Below are positions 30,702 through 40,130 of a stretch of DNA of 49,884 nt, piece after piece (position 1 is the first letter of the stretch; each line of letters opens with the position of its first letter). The translations under genes were made by a program, and so were the position numbers. This stretch comes from Leucobacter soli (GTDB lineage Bacteria > Actinomycetota > Actinomycetes > Actinomycetales > Microbacteriaceae). The stretch is taken from assembly GCA_040393965.1 (NCBI GenBank), contig JBEBTD010000001.1:1-49884 (forward strand), read 5' to 3'. Below the pieces are notes generated by a model, which was given only the letters and a program-made list of their open reading frames with translations, was not told where the DNA came from and did not search any database.

Positions 30702-31614
30702 CGCCCTTGCCCTTCTCGTTCTCGAGCGCGGCCAGCTCGCCCGTGCCGGGACCCACCCAGCGCGCTCCGACCGAGACGAGGCGCTGGCGCTTGCGCTCGG
30801 TCTCGAGCGCCGTGAGCTCGACGCCCCCGACCAGCACCGCGTCGCCCTCGTCCGCCAGACGGCCGAGGTGCTTCGCGACGAGGCCGCCGACGCTGTCAAC
30901 CTCGTCATCCTCGAGCTCGATGCCGAATATCTCGCCCAAGCGGTCGATCGGCAGGCGGGCGCTCACCTTGAAGGTGCCGTCCGCAAGCGCCTCGACCTCG
31001 GGCGATTCGCGATCGTGCTCGTCGTTGATGTCCCCGAGCAGCTCCTCGATCAGATCCTCGAGCGTGACGAGGCCGGAGATGCCGCCGTACTCGTCGACGA
31101 CGAGCGCGAGGTGGTTGGACTCCCGCTGCATCTGGCGCAGCAGGTCGTCGGCGCGTTGCAACTCGGGCACGAACATCGCCGGCTTCATGATTCTGGTCAC
31201 GGGTGCTGTCTGCGCCTCTTCGGGGCGGCGCAGCTGGAATCCGCTGAGGTCGCGCAGATAGGCGACCCCCTCGACCTCGTCCGAGTCGCCCGTCGCCACG
31301 ACCGGCACCCGGGAGTGACGGGACGCGAGCAGCGTCTCCAGCGTCTCGCGCACGGTCTGCTCTGCGTCGACCGTGACCATGTCGGTACGGGGCACCATGA
31401 CCTCGCGCACGAGCGTCTCGCCGAACTCCACGATCGAGTGGATGTAGTCGCGGTCGTCGTCTTCGAGCAGCTCCTGCTCGACGGCCTGGTCGACGAGCGA
31501 GAGCAGCTGCTCCTCGTCGCGCACGCGGCCGCGCCCCAGGGCGACTCGACCCGAGATCCGCTTGCTCGCATCGGCGAGACGGGTGAAGAGAGGCGGAAGC
31601 TGTTCTTCGCTCAT
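30694..31614 (-). CDS. HlyC/CorC-family CBS-domain protein (no N-terminal TM domain)
   Basis: VREVMVPRTD, HSRVPV, VVDEYGGISGLVTLEDLIEELLG, C-terminal CorC-HlyC domain. Confidence 0.88.
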   Translation of the reverse strand: MSEEQLPPLFTRLADASKRISGRVALGRGRVRDEEQLLSLVDQAVEQELLEDDDRDYIHSIVEFGETLVREVMVPRTDMVTVDAEQTVRETLETLLASRHSRVPVVATGDSDEVEGVAYLRDLSGFQLRRPEEAQTAPVTRIMKPAMFVPELQRADDLLRQMQRESNHLALVVDEYGGISGLVTLEDLIEELLGDINDEHDRESPEVEALADGTFKVSARLPIDRLGEIFGIELEDDEVDSVGGLVAKHLGRLADEGDAVLVGGVELTALETERKRQRLVSVGARWVGPGTGELAALENEKGKGDE

Positions 31615-32072
31615 CGCCGCCGCTCGCCAACCGTGAACGCCGCGACCAGGTCGCGCTGGAGGCCGAACATCTCGGCCTCCTCCGCCGGGGTCGCGTGATC
31701 GAAGCCGAGCAGATGCAGCATGCCGTGCGTGAGTAGGATGACGACCTCGGTCTGCGTGTCGTGGCCGGCGGCCTCTGCCTGCGCCTCGGCGACCTGCGGG
31801 CAGATCACGACGTCGCCGAGCAGGCCGGAGGGCGTGGGCGAATCGGGCCGGCCCGGGCGCAGCTCGTCCATGGGGAAGCTCAGTACGTCGGTCGGCCCGG
31901 GCTCATCCATCCACTCGACGTGGAGGCGCTCGATCGCGGCCTCGTCGACGAGCGAGATGCCGAGCTCGGTCTGCGGATGCACGTGCAGGGAGTCGAGCAC
32001 GAACGCCGCGAGTCTCTGCAGCACCGTCTCGTCGAGCTGCACGCCCGACTCGTTGTTGATCTCGATGCTCAT
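31611..32072 (-). CDS. ybeY: rRNA maturation endoribonuclease YbeY
   Basis: PTDVLSF, LGDVVI, HGMLHLLGFDH. Confidence 0.96.
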   Translation of the reverse strand: MSIEINNESGVQLDETVLQRLAAFVLDSLHVHPQTELGISLVDEAAIERLHVEWMDEPGPTDVLSFPMDELRPGRPDSPTPSGLLGDVVICPQVAEAQAEAAGHDTQTEVVILLTHGMLHLLGFDHATPAEEAEMFGLQRDLVAAFTVGERRR

Positions 32073-33076
32073 GACCGCTCCTTCTGGGCCTCGTATGCCG
32101 TGTACGCGTCCACGATGCGGCCGACGAGGCTGTGGCGCACGATGTCGTCGGCCGTGAGCTCGGCGAAGTGGATGTCATCGACGCCGCGCAGGATGCGGTT
32201 CACCACCCGGAGGCCGCTCGAGGCGATCGGCAGATCCACCTGCGTGATGTCGCCCGTGACCACCATCTTCGAGCCGTAGCCGAGACGGGTGAGGAACATC
32301 TTCATCTGCTCGGGGGTCGTGTTCTGCGCTTCGTCGAGGATCACGAAGGATTCGTTGAGCGTGCGCCCGCGCATGTAGGCGAGCGGAGCCACCTCGATCG
32401 TGCCGCTCGCGACGAGTTTCGGCACCGTGTCGGCCTCCATCATCGAGCCGACGGCGTCGAAGAGAGGTCGCAGGTAGGGGTCGATCTTGTCCTCGAGTGT
32501 GCCGGGCAGGTAGCCGAGCCGCTCCCCCGCCTCGACGGCCGGCCTCGTCAGGATGATCTTCGCGACCTCGCGCCGTTGCAGGGCCTGAACGGCCTTCGCC
32601 ATCGCGAGGTAGGTCTTGCCCGTACCCGCCGGGCCGATGCCGAAGGTCACGGTGTGATGCTCAATGCCGTCGACGTAGGCGCGCTGACCGCTGGTCTGCG
32701 GGCGGATCGCGTGGCCTCGCACGGTCAGAATGGGCTCGCCGAGCATCTGCGCGGCGGTCGGGCCGCCGCCCCGCTCGACGAGCCGCGTGGCCTCGCGCAC
32801 GTCGTGCCTCGAGACGGCGCCGCTGCGCCGCGCGACCTCGAGCACGTCGGTGACGACCTGTTCGGCTGCCTTCACGGCAGCTGCGGGCCCGTTCAGCGTC
32901 AGCACATGATCCCGAGCGTGGAACTGCACCGAGGGGTGCTGCCGCTCGAGATCGGCGATCAGCTGATCCCGGTGGCCGAGGAACTGCGCCAGGTCGACGC
33001 CCGTCAGCAGCACGGTGCGCTGCAGCTGGGTGCGTCCGGTCTCGGCGGGCGCTGGGTCGTTGCTGGAGTCCGGCAC
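32069..33076 (-). CDS. PhoH family ATPase
   Basis: GPAGTGKTYLA, LTRPAVEAGERLGYLPG, MRGRTL, DEAQN; GTG at 33076. Confidence 0.94.
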   Translation of the reverse strand: MPDSSNDPAPAETGRTQLQRTVLLTGVDLAQFLGHRDQLIADLERQHPSVQFHARDHVLTLNGPAAAVKAAEQVVTDVLEVARRSGAVSRHDVREATRLVERGGGPTAAQMLGEPILTVRGHAIRPQTSGQRAYVDGIEHHTVTFGIGPAGTGKTYLAMAKAVQALQRREVAKIILTRPAVEAGERLGYLPGTLEDKIDPYLRPLFDAVGSMMEADTVPKLVASGTIEVAPLAYMRGRTLNESFVILDEAQNTTPEQMKMFLTRLGYGSKMVVTGDITQVDLPIASSGLRVVNRILRGVDDIHFAELTADDIVRHSLVGRIVDAYTAYEAQKERS

Positions 33077-33417
33077 TACAGCGAGCCCTCCTCGAGTCCG
33101 CCTGCGAGCAGATGCGCGTGCACGTGGAACACCGTCTGCCCGGCGTTCGCACCGTTGTTGAAGACGAGGCGGAAATCGCCGTCGGCGTGCTCCTCGGCGA
33201 GGCGCTTCGCCACCGCCACCATCTCGGCGAGCAGGGCAGGGTCTCCCGCGGCGAGCTCGGTCACATCGGCGTACTCCGTGGTCTTGGGGATCACGAGGAT
33301 GTGCACCGGGGCCTGCGGGGCGATGTCCGGAAATGCGATGATGCGTTCGGTCTCGACGAGCTTCTCGACCGGGATCTCGCCCGAGACGATCTTGCCGAAC
33401 ACGGTGTCTGCTGCCAT
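33076..33417 (-). CDS. HIT family nucleotide-binding protein
   Basis: PQAPVHILVIPK, GQTVFHVHAHLL. Confidence 0.93.
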   Translation of the reverse strand: MAADTVFGKIVSGEIPVEKLVETERIIAFPDIAPQAPVHILVIPKTTEYADVTELAAGDPALLAEMVAVAKRLAEEHADGDFRLVFNNGANAGQTVFHVHAHLLAGGLEEGSL

Positions 33418-33434
33418 GCTCCAAGTCTAGCGGC

Positions 33435-33474
33435 CCGGTGCCGGCCCTCCGTCAGGAAGAGGGCTCGGCACCGG
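33435..33474. terminator. hairpin downstream of HAD gene
   Basis: ccggtgccg-gccctc...gagggc-t-cggcaccgg; no U tract. Confidence 0.45.
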
Positions 33475-33488
33475 CCGGAGGCAGCGGA

Positions 33489-34220
33489 TCAGCTCTTCGC
33501 GGCGAAGGCGGCATCGACCGCGTCGGCGAACTCCCCGAGCGAGCGGAACTCGAGATCGGGCCTCACGTCGACCCCGGGATCCGGCGTCGCGCCCCACCCC
33601 GGACGGGCGTGGCGGCGGTTGATCCATACGGTGTCGAGTCCGGCGCGCTTGCCCGGCACATGGTCGTGGAACAGCGACTGGGCGACGTGCAGCAGCCGGG
33701 GGCGTTCGACGCCGACCTCGCCGAGGCGCTCGAGGAGCACCTCGAAGTTGCGCGGGCTCGGCTTGTACGAACCGATGCGCTCGGCGGTGTGCACCTGGTC
33801 GAAGTCGACGTCCATGCGGGCGATGCTGCCCTCGACGCCCTGCTGGTGCACGTTCGAGAGGATGATGAGCTTGTATCGGAGCTTCAGGCGCGTCAGGGCT
33901 TCGTGCGTGTCGGAGAAGGCCGGCCAGTCCGGCACGGATCGGCCGAGCGCCTGCACGTCCTCGTCGGTCACGGGCAGACCGAGGTCGCGCGCCGTGCGGC
34001 GAAAGGCGGCCTGCAGCACTTCGCAGTAGGCGAGGGCCGGGAACTCCCGCTCCACCGCGGCCTCGTTGTCCGCGTAGGCGAGCAGCAGCGCCTCGTCGTC
34101 GAGCTCGCTCCCATGCCGCTGCGCCCACGCCGAGAGCACGGCGGCGATGCCGGCCTCCCAGTCGATGAGCGTCCCGTAGACGTCGAAGCTCAGTGCCGAG
34201 TATTCGGTCAGATCAAGCAT
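33489..34220 (-). CDS. HAD-superfamily hydrolase (haloacid dehalogenase type II-like)
   Basis: FDVYGTLIDWE, ILSN, GSYKP, HVAQSLFHD, WINR. Confidence 0.9.
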   Translation of the reverse strand: MLDLTEYSALSFDVYGTLIDWEAGIAAVLSAWAQRHGSELDDEALLLAYADNEAAVEREFPALAYCEVLQAAFRRTARDLGLPVTDEDVQALGRSVPDWPAFSDTHEALTRLKLRYKLIILSNVHQQGVEGSIARMDVDFDQVHTAERIGSYKPSPRNFEVLLERLGEVGVERPRLLHVAQSLFHDHVPGKRAGLDTVWINRRHARPGWGATPDPGVDVRPDLEFRSLGEFADAVDAAFAAKS

Positions 34221-34268
34221 TGCCCCTCCAGGCTCTCAGTTCGAGGATCCGGCCGATCCTCGCTTCCA

Positions 34269-34315
34269 AGATTGTACAACAATCTGTGAAGAAATGTGCA
34301 TATTTGTTACACAAA
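34269..34315. promoter_or_regulatory. putative GntR operators
   Basis: Palindromes AGATTGT-aca-ACAATCT (34269-34285) and TTTGT-tac-ACAAA (34303-34315) in an AT-rich divergent intergenic region. Confidence 0.65.
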
Positions 34316-34375
34316 ATCACCGAGGCGGCGCGCCTTCCTCCGAGCACCCGCGCGTCGGCTGAGATACTGGTCGAT

Positions 34376-35038
34376 GTGACCGCACCCGACCCCGCACCCC
34401 GCCCTACAGCCAAGGCGCTGCTCGCAGAGGAGCTGCGGGAGCGCATCCTCGACGGAGACATCGCGCCCGGCACTCCGTTGCGCGAAGAGGAGCTGTCGCG
34501 CTCGCACGGCCACTCCCGCCACACCGTGCGCTCGGCTCTCTCCCAGCTCGCGGCCGAACGACTCGTGCAGTTCATCCCCTACCGCGGGGCCCGGGTCGCC
34601 GACCTGAGCGACGCCGAGGTCGAGGATCTGCAAGCCCTGCGCGGCGCGCTCGAAGCCGAGGCCGTGCGGCTGCTGCACGAGCGGCACGGCGACGCCTGGC
34701 CCGACGAGGTGCTCTCCCCCGTGCGGGCGGGCATCGACGCGCTCGCCGACGCCGAACGAGGCGGCGACTGGCTCGACATCACTCGCGCGCACGCCGACGT
34801 GCACCGGAGGATCGTGGCCGCTGCAGGCAGCTCGCGCATCGCCGACAGCTACGAGCAGCTCAACTCCGAGACCCTGCTGCTGCTCACGGCCGTTCGCTCG
34901 CTCTACGCGAGCGGTGCCCTGGCAGAGGAGCATCGCGGCTATCTGCGCGACATCCAGAGCGGTGACGGGGCGGTCGTGCGCGAGCACCTCGCGCACACCT
35001 CGCAGCTCATCCGCGAGGCGCGGCGCAGCCGGAGCTGA
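34376..35038 (+). CDS. GntR family transcriptional regulator (FCD domain)
   Basis: LRERILDG.IAPGTPLREEEL...SRHTVRSAL; FCD-like LRGALE, H..I...GS, EH; GTG at 34376. Confidence 0.88.
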   Translation: MTAPDPAPRPTAKALLAEELRERILDGDIAPGTPLREEELSRSHGHSRHTVRSALSQLAAERLVQFIPYRGARVADLSDAEVEDLQALRGALEAEAVRLLHERHGDAWPDEVLSPVRAGIDALADAERGGDWLDITRAHADVHRRIVAAAGSSRIADSYEQLNSETLLLLTAVRSLYASGALAEEHRGYLRDIQSGDGAVVREHLAHTSQLIREARRSRS

Positions 35039-35063
35039 GCACCGCCGGGAGCGGTTCGGCCCC

Positions 35064-35837
35064 CTACCAGCGCCCGAGCGCGACGTTCAGCACCGCAAGA
35101 GCCGCCGGGCCCGCGCTCGAGGTGCGCAGCACCGTGCGTCCGAGCACGAGCACCCGGGCGCCCGCCGCCTCCAGCGCATCGAGCTCGGCGTCCGCGAAGC
35201 CTCCCTCCGGACCCACCACGAGCTGGATCTCGCGCACCGCCGAACCGGCCCCGCTGGCCGCCCAGTCGGCAAGGCCGCGCTCGCCGCGCGGGTGCAGCAC
35301 CAGCACCTCCGTGTCGTCTCGCGCCGCGAACTCGCAGAGCTCTCCGATACTACGAGGATCGAGCACCTCCGGCACTCGGGCGCGCATGCTCTGCTTGGCC
35401 GCCTCGCGCGCCACCCTCGACCACTTGGCGACGCCCTTCGCGGCCTTCTCGCCGCCGGCACCGCCCGCTCCGACCCAGCGGGAGACGGATCGGGCCGCCT
35501 GCCACGGCGCGATCGCGTCGACGCCGAACTCGGTGGCCTGTTCGACCGCGCGCTCGTCCCGGTCGCCCTTGGCGAGTGCCTGCACGAGCACCAGCCGGGG
35601 CTCCGGCTCGCCCGCGGACTCGACCGACTCGATGCGCACCGCGAAGCGATCCCGTTCCGCGCGCACGACCTCTCCTGCGGCGAGCACTCCCCGCCCGTCG
35701 CCGATCATCGTGCGCTCCCCCGCGCGCAAGCGCGCGACGCGCACCGCGTGCCTCGCCTCCTCGCCCCCGACCTCGACGATCTCGCCGGGACGCAGGGCAT
35801 CAGCGCCGAGAGCCTCGCAGTAGTAGAGGTTCGCCAT
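35064..35837 (-). CDS. rsmE: 16S rRNA (uracil1498-N3)-methyltransferase
   Basis: HAVRVARL, QALAKGDR, ATEFGV, VVGPEGGF, LGRTVLRTSSAG. Confidence 0.95.
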   Translation of the reverse strand: MANLYYCEALGADALRPGEIVEVGGEEARHAVRVARLRAGERTMIGDGRGVLAAGEVVRAERDRFAVRIESVESAGEPEPRLVLVQALAKGDRDERAVEQATEFGVDAIAPWQAARSVSRWVGAGGAGGEKAAKGVAKWSRVAREAAKQSMRARVPEVLDPRSIGELCEFAARDDTEVLVLHPRGERGLADWAASGAGSAVREIQLVVGPEGGFADAELDALEAAGARVLVLGRTVLRTSSAGPAALAVLNVALGRW

Positions 35838-36937
35838 CAGCCCGCGCGGAAGAAGCGGTCGCGAATCTTGCCGAACAGCCCCTGCTGGAACTCACCCAGT
35901 GCCGGCGGCGGATCCCGGCGCAGATCGGCGAGCTGCTTCACGAGCTGCTTCTCCCGCGCCGAGAGCTTCACCGGAGTGATCACCTGCAGGGCGATGCGCA
36001 GATCGCCCCGATTCGTCGAGTGCAGACCCTGGATGCCGCGTCCGCGGATCGTCACGACGTCGCCCGACTGGGCGCCCGCCGGCACCTCGAGGCGCACCTC
36101 GCCGTCGAGCGCCGCGACAGCGGTCTCCGCGCCGAGCATCGCGTCGGTCATGCTGACCTGGGCCGTAGCGAGCAGGTCGTTGCCCTCCCGGCTGAACACG
36201 TCGTGATGCATCACGCGGAACTCGATGAAGAGGTCGCCGTTCGGGCCGCCCGCCGGCCCCACCTCGCCGCCGCCGCGCATCTGCATGCGCGTCCCGGTGT
36301 CGATGCCCGAGGGGATGTCGATCGTCATCGAGCGGCGCTCGCGCACGCGGCCCTTGCCGCCGCACTCGATGCAGGGATGCTCGATCACGGTGCCGTAGCC
36401 CTGGCAGCTGCCGCACGGATGCGCGGTGACGACGTTGCCGAACAGCGAGCGCACCTGGCGCTGCACCTGGCCGCTGCCGCCGCACACGTCGCAGGTGACG
36501 GGCGCCGTGCCCGGCTGGCAGCACGAACCCTGGCAGGTTCCGCAGAGCACAGCGGTGTTCACGCTGATCTCGCGCTGCGAGCCGAAGATCACCTCGGACA
36601 GCTCGACGTCGACGCGGATCATCGCGTCGTCGCCGCGCTCGGTGCGCGAGCGCGGCCCGCGCTGGCCTCCGCCGAACCCGCCGCCGAAGAAGGTCTCGAA
36701 GATGTCGCCGAAGCCGCCCATGCCGCCGGCCTGATCACCGCCCATGTCGTAGCGCTGACGCTCGTTCGGATCGCTCAGCACATCGTAGGCGTGGGTGACG
36801 CTCTTGAAGCGCTCCGCCGCGTCCTCGCTGGGGTTCACATCGGGGTGCAGCTCCCGCGCGAGGCGGCGATACGCCTTCTTGATCTCGTCGGGCGTCGCGT
36901 CTCGCGACACCCCGAGCGTCTCGTAGTGATCCGCCAC
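35837..36937 (-). CDS. dnaJ: molecular chaperone DnaJ (DnaJ2-type)
   Basis: J domain HPD, G/F region, four CxxCxGxG-like repeats. Confidence 0.96.
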   Translation of the reverse strand: MADHYETLGVSRDATPDEIKKAYRRLARELHPDVNPSEDAAERFKSVTHAYDVLSDPNERQRYDMGGDQAGGMGGFGDIFETFFGGGFGGGQRGPRSRTERGDDAMIRVDVELSEVIFGSQREISVNTAVLCGTCQGSCCQPGTAPVTCDVCGGSGQVQRQVRSLFGNVVTAHPCGSCQGYGTVIEHPCIECGGKGRVRERRSMTIDIPSGIDTGTRMQMRGGGEVGPAGGPNGDLFIEFRVMHHDVFSREGNDLLATAQVSMTDAMLGAETAVAALDGEVRLEVPAGAQSGDVVTIRGRGIQGLHSTNRGDLRIALQVITPVKLSAREKQLVKQLADLRRDPPPALGEFQQGLFGKIRDRFFRAG

Positions 36938-37003
36938 GAATGGCCGCCTTTCTATGTGTTCAGTCCTTGGGTCGCGGCCGGTCGCGCCGACCGCCGGCGG
37001 AGC

Positions 37004-38050
37004 TCAGGCCTCGCCGAGCATCTTGCTGAGGTAGCTCGCCACCGCTCGCACGGTGGCGATGTTGCCCGCATAGTCCATGCGCATGGGGCCGAGCACTCCG
37101 AGATTGGAGCGGCTGTCCCCCTCGTGCTCGTAGCTCGAGGCGATCACCGACGCTCCGGCGAGACCGTAGGGCTCGTTCTCGCGCCCGATCGACGCCGCGA
37201 CCTCTCGATCCCCGCTCACGAGTTCCCCGAAGAGCCGCAGCAGGGTGACCTGCTCCTCGATGGCCTCGAGCACCTGCGGCAGCGAACCCTCGAAGTCGCC
37301 CGGACGTGAGAGGTTCGCCCGGCCCGCGATCGTGATGCGATCGCTGCGGTTCGCCTGCAGCTGGGCCAGCACCACGCCGAGCACGAGACGAACGAGATCG
37401 GCCTCGTCCGGCTGCACCCAGTCGTCGATCGTGCCAGTCAGGAGCTGCGCCTCTGCCTCGGCCTCCTCGAGGTCGAGGCCGACGAGGGCACCGGCGATGC
37501 GGTCGCGCAGGCCGTTCACCCAGGCCTCCGTCACCTGCGCCGCCGGCAGGGTCGCCAGCTGCTGCTCGACCACGCCCGTGCCCAGGATCAGCACGCAGAG
37601 CACGCGATCCTCGCCGAGCGCCACCAGGTCGATGTGACGCACCTTGGTGCGCCGCAGCGAGGGGTACTGGACGACCGCCACCTGGTTCGTGAGCTGCGAG
37701 AGCAGACGCACGGTGCGGGCGAGCATGTCATCGAGGTCGTGCGACTCGCCGAGGAAGCGCTCGATCGCGCTGCGCTGCCCGCTGGTGAGCGGGCGGATCC
37801 TCGAGAGCGTGTCGACGTAGAGCCGGTATCCCTTGTCGGTCGGCACCCGTCCCGAGGAGGTGTGCGGCGCCGCGATCAGCTCCTCGTCCTCGAGCAGGGC
37901 CATGTCGTTGCGGATCGTCGCCGCGGAAACGCCGAAGCGATGCCGATCGACGATCGCCTTGCTGCCCACGGGCTCGTTCGACGAGACGTAGTCGCGCACG
38001 ATGGCGTGCAGCACCGCGAGCCCGCGCTCGCTCACGCGCTCCGAAGCCAT
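37004..38050 (-). CDS. hrcA: heat-inducible transcription repressor HrcA
   Basis: EPVGSK, SAATIRNDM, PHTSSGRVPTDKGYR, GVLGPMRMDY; ATG at 38050. Confidence 0.96.
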   Translation of the reverse strand: MASERVSERGLAVLHAIVRDYVSSNEPVGSKAIVDRHRFGVSAATIRNDMALLEDEELIAAPHTSSGRVPTDKGYRLYVDTLSRIRPLTSGQRSAIERFLGESHDLDDMLARTVRLLSQLTNQVAVVQYPSLRRTKVRHIDLVALGEDRVLCVLILGTGVVEQQLATLPAAQVTEAWVNGLRDRIAGALVGLDLEEAEAEAQLLTGTIDDWVQPDEADLVRLVLGVVLAQLQANRSDRITIAGRANLSRPGDFEGSLPQVLEAIEEQVTLLRLFGELVSGDREVAASIGRENEPYGLAGASVIASSYEHEGDSRSNLGVLGPMRMDYAGNIATVRAVASYLSKMLGEA

Positions 38051-38096
38051 GCCGCACCTCCGTCTCTGCCGCGGCGCCGCGCCGCCGACGCATCCC

Positions 38097-38123
38097 CTGG
38101 CACTCTCATGTTTCGAGTGCCAG
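38097..38123. promoter_or_regulatory. CIRCE element (HrcA operator)
   Basis: CTGGCACTC-N9-GAGTGCCAG perfect inverted repeat upstream of hrcA. Confidence 0.9.
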
Positions 38124-38139
38124 TCTATCGCAGGGCGTC

Positions 38140-39384
38140 TCACGCACCGAGCAGGCGATGCACCACGGTGTCGGCGAGCAGACGGCCGCGCAGCGTCGGC
38201 ACGATGCGCGGCGAGGATTCTCCGGCGCCGAGGGCCGCCCGGCCGTCGACGAGGCCCTCGGCGATGAGCGAAGGGACGGCGCTCCGCTCCGCCTCGCTCA
38301 GCACCTCCGTCGGCAGCCCCTCCGCAATGCGGGTCTCGAGCAGCACGCGCTCGGTGCGCTGCGTCTCGGGATCGAGCACCTCGCGGGCGTGCGCGGGCGA
38401 GGAGCCCGCCGCGAGCCGCTGGGCGTACGCCCGGGGATGCTTCACGTTCCACCAGCGGGTGCCGCCGATGTGACTGTGCGCGCCCGGCCCGGCGCCCCAC
38501 CAGTCCGAGCCCCGCCAATAGGCGAGGTTGTGCCGCGAGCGCGTCGAGTCCGAGCGCGACCAGTTGCTGATCTCGTACCAGGAGTATCCGGCCGCGGCGA
38601 GCCGCGCATCGGCCAGCTCGTACATCTCGGCGTGCAGGTCGTCGTCGGGCTCGGCGACCTCGCCACGGCGAATCTGCGAGGCGAGCTTCGTGCCCTGCTC
38701 CACGATGAGCGCGTAGGCCGAGAGATGGTCAGGTTCGCAGGCGAGCGCTGCGTCGAGCGAGCGCTCCCAGTCGGCGAGCGCCTCCCCGGGCGTGCCGTAG
38801 ATCAGGTCGAGGCTCACCTGCAGTCCGGCCTCGCGGGCCCAGCGCACGACGAGCGGCACCCGCTCCGGGCTGTGGGTGCGGTCGAGGGTCGCGAGCACGG
38901 ATGGCACCGCCGACTGCATGCCGAAGCTCACCCTGGTGAAGCCGCCGTCGGCGAGGGCGGCCAGGTAGGCCTCGTCCACCGAATCGGGGTTCGCCTCGGT
39001 CGTGACCTCCGCACCCGGCGCGATGCCCCACTGCTCGCGCACGCCGTCGAGCATCGAGACCAGGTCGTCCGGGGGCAGCAGGGTCGGCGTGCCGCCGCCG
39101 AAGAAGACGGTCGAGGCCCGGCGATCCGCGACGCCGCCCCGACGCAGCACGTCGGCGCCGAGCTCGAGCTCCCGGCGGAGTTGTCCCGCGTAGTCGGCCC
39201 GGTTCGCACCGTCGCCGAGCTCGCTCGCCGTGTAGGTGTTGAAGTCGCAGTAGCCGCAGCGCACGCGGCAGTAGGGCACGTGGATGTAGACGCCGAAGTC
39301 GCGGTCGGCGCTGCCGATCGCGGCGCTCGGCGGCAGGGCCCCGTCGAGAGGCGCCGGTTCGCCCTCCGGCAGCGCGCTCGGCAC
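38140..39384 (-). CDS. hemW: radical SAM heme chaperone HemW
   Basis: YIHVPYCRVRCGYCDFNTY, FFGGGTPT, YEISNW, HNLAYW; GTG at 39384. Confidence 0.93.
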   Translation of the reverse strand: MPSALPEGEPAPLDGALPPSAAIGSADRDFGVYIHVPYCRVRCGYCDFNTYTASELGDGANRADYAGQLRRELELGADVLRRGGVADRRASTVFFGGGTPTLLPPDDLVSMLDGVREQWGIAPGAEVTTEANPDSVDEAYLAALADGGFTRVSFGMQSAVPSVLATLDRTHSPERVPLVVRWAREAGLQVSLDLIYGTPGEALADWERSLDAALACEPDHLSAYALIVEQGTKLASQIRRGEVAEPDDDLHAEMYELADARLAAAGYSWYEISNWSRSDSTRSRHNLAYWRGSDWWGAGPGAHSHIGGTRWWNVKHPRAYAQRLAAGSSPAHAREVLDPETQRTERVLLETRIAEGLPTEVLSEAERSAVPSLIAEGLVDGRAALGAGESSPRIVPTLRGRLLADTVVHRLLGA

Positions 39385-39386
39385 GG

Positions 39387-40130
39387 CTACTCCGCTCGAG
39401 GATCGGCGGCCGCGCCGGGATCGGCCTCCGGTGCGCTCTCGTCTCCGGAGTCGCGATCCTCGTCGCCGTTCGCGGCCGTGACCGCACCCGGCGCGAGCAC
39501 CGAGAGCTGCTGCAGCGCGTCTCGCTCGGCGAGCCTGATGAGGGCGCGGGCGCTCTTCCCGAACAGACCGTTCGAGGTGGCCCAGTGGAAGCCGCGCGCG
39601 ATCGCCCACACGGTGTCGTCGGAGCGGTGCTCGATGAGGTAGGCGGTTTCGCCGATCGCCCCCTCGTCGTCGGCGCTGCCGAGCGCGAAGCCGATGCGAC
39701 GGCTCTCGTCGACGACGTAGACCACCCGCATCTTGCGATTCATCTTGCCCCCGGGCCACGAGAGCGACGCCGTGGTGCCCGCGGTGAGGAAGGCCTCGCC
39801 GTCGGGGCCGTAGCGCACCTCGGCCTCGGGTGCCGGCTCGGGCGCACCCGCCTCGTCGAACACCACCCCGGCGTAGTGTCCGCCGTCGCCCTGCTGCAGC
39901 TCGGTCACCTCGACGCCCACGGCGCGGTGGGCGCCCCAGGTCATGAGGGTGTTCGAGGCGGTGAGGAAGCGCTCCGGGCCGCTGCCGAGGCGCAGCACGT
40001 GTTCGAAGGGGGTGCTGCCCTGGGGCGGGAAGCGCAGCAGGTCGGGCTCTGCCGAGGCGCCGGCCGCCGCATACACGACATCGTGCTCGACGTAGGTCTC
40101 GCGCCGCATCGGCTCGTTCGACTCGCTCAC
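39387..40130 (-). CDS. DUF1990-like protein
   Basis: LGSGPERF..A...[23 protein letters not shown]; located between lepA and hemW. Confidence 0.7.
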   Translation of the reverse strand: MSESNEPMRRETYVEHDVVYAAAGASAEPDLLRFPPQGSTPFEHVLRLGSGPERFLTASNTLMTWGAHRAVGVEVTELQQGDGGHYAGVVFDEAGAPEPAPEAEVRYGPDGEAFLTAGTTASLSWPGGKMNRKMRVVYVVDESRRIGFALGSADDEGAIGETAYLIEHRSDDTVWAIARGFHWATSNGLFGKSARALIRLAERDALQQLSVLAPGAVTAANGDEDRDSGDESAPEADPGAAADPRAE

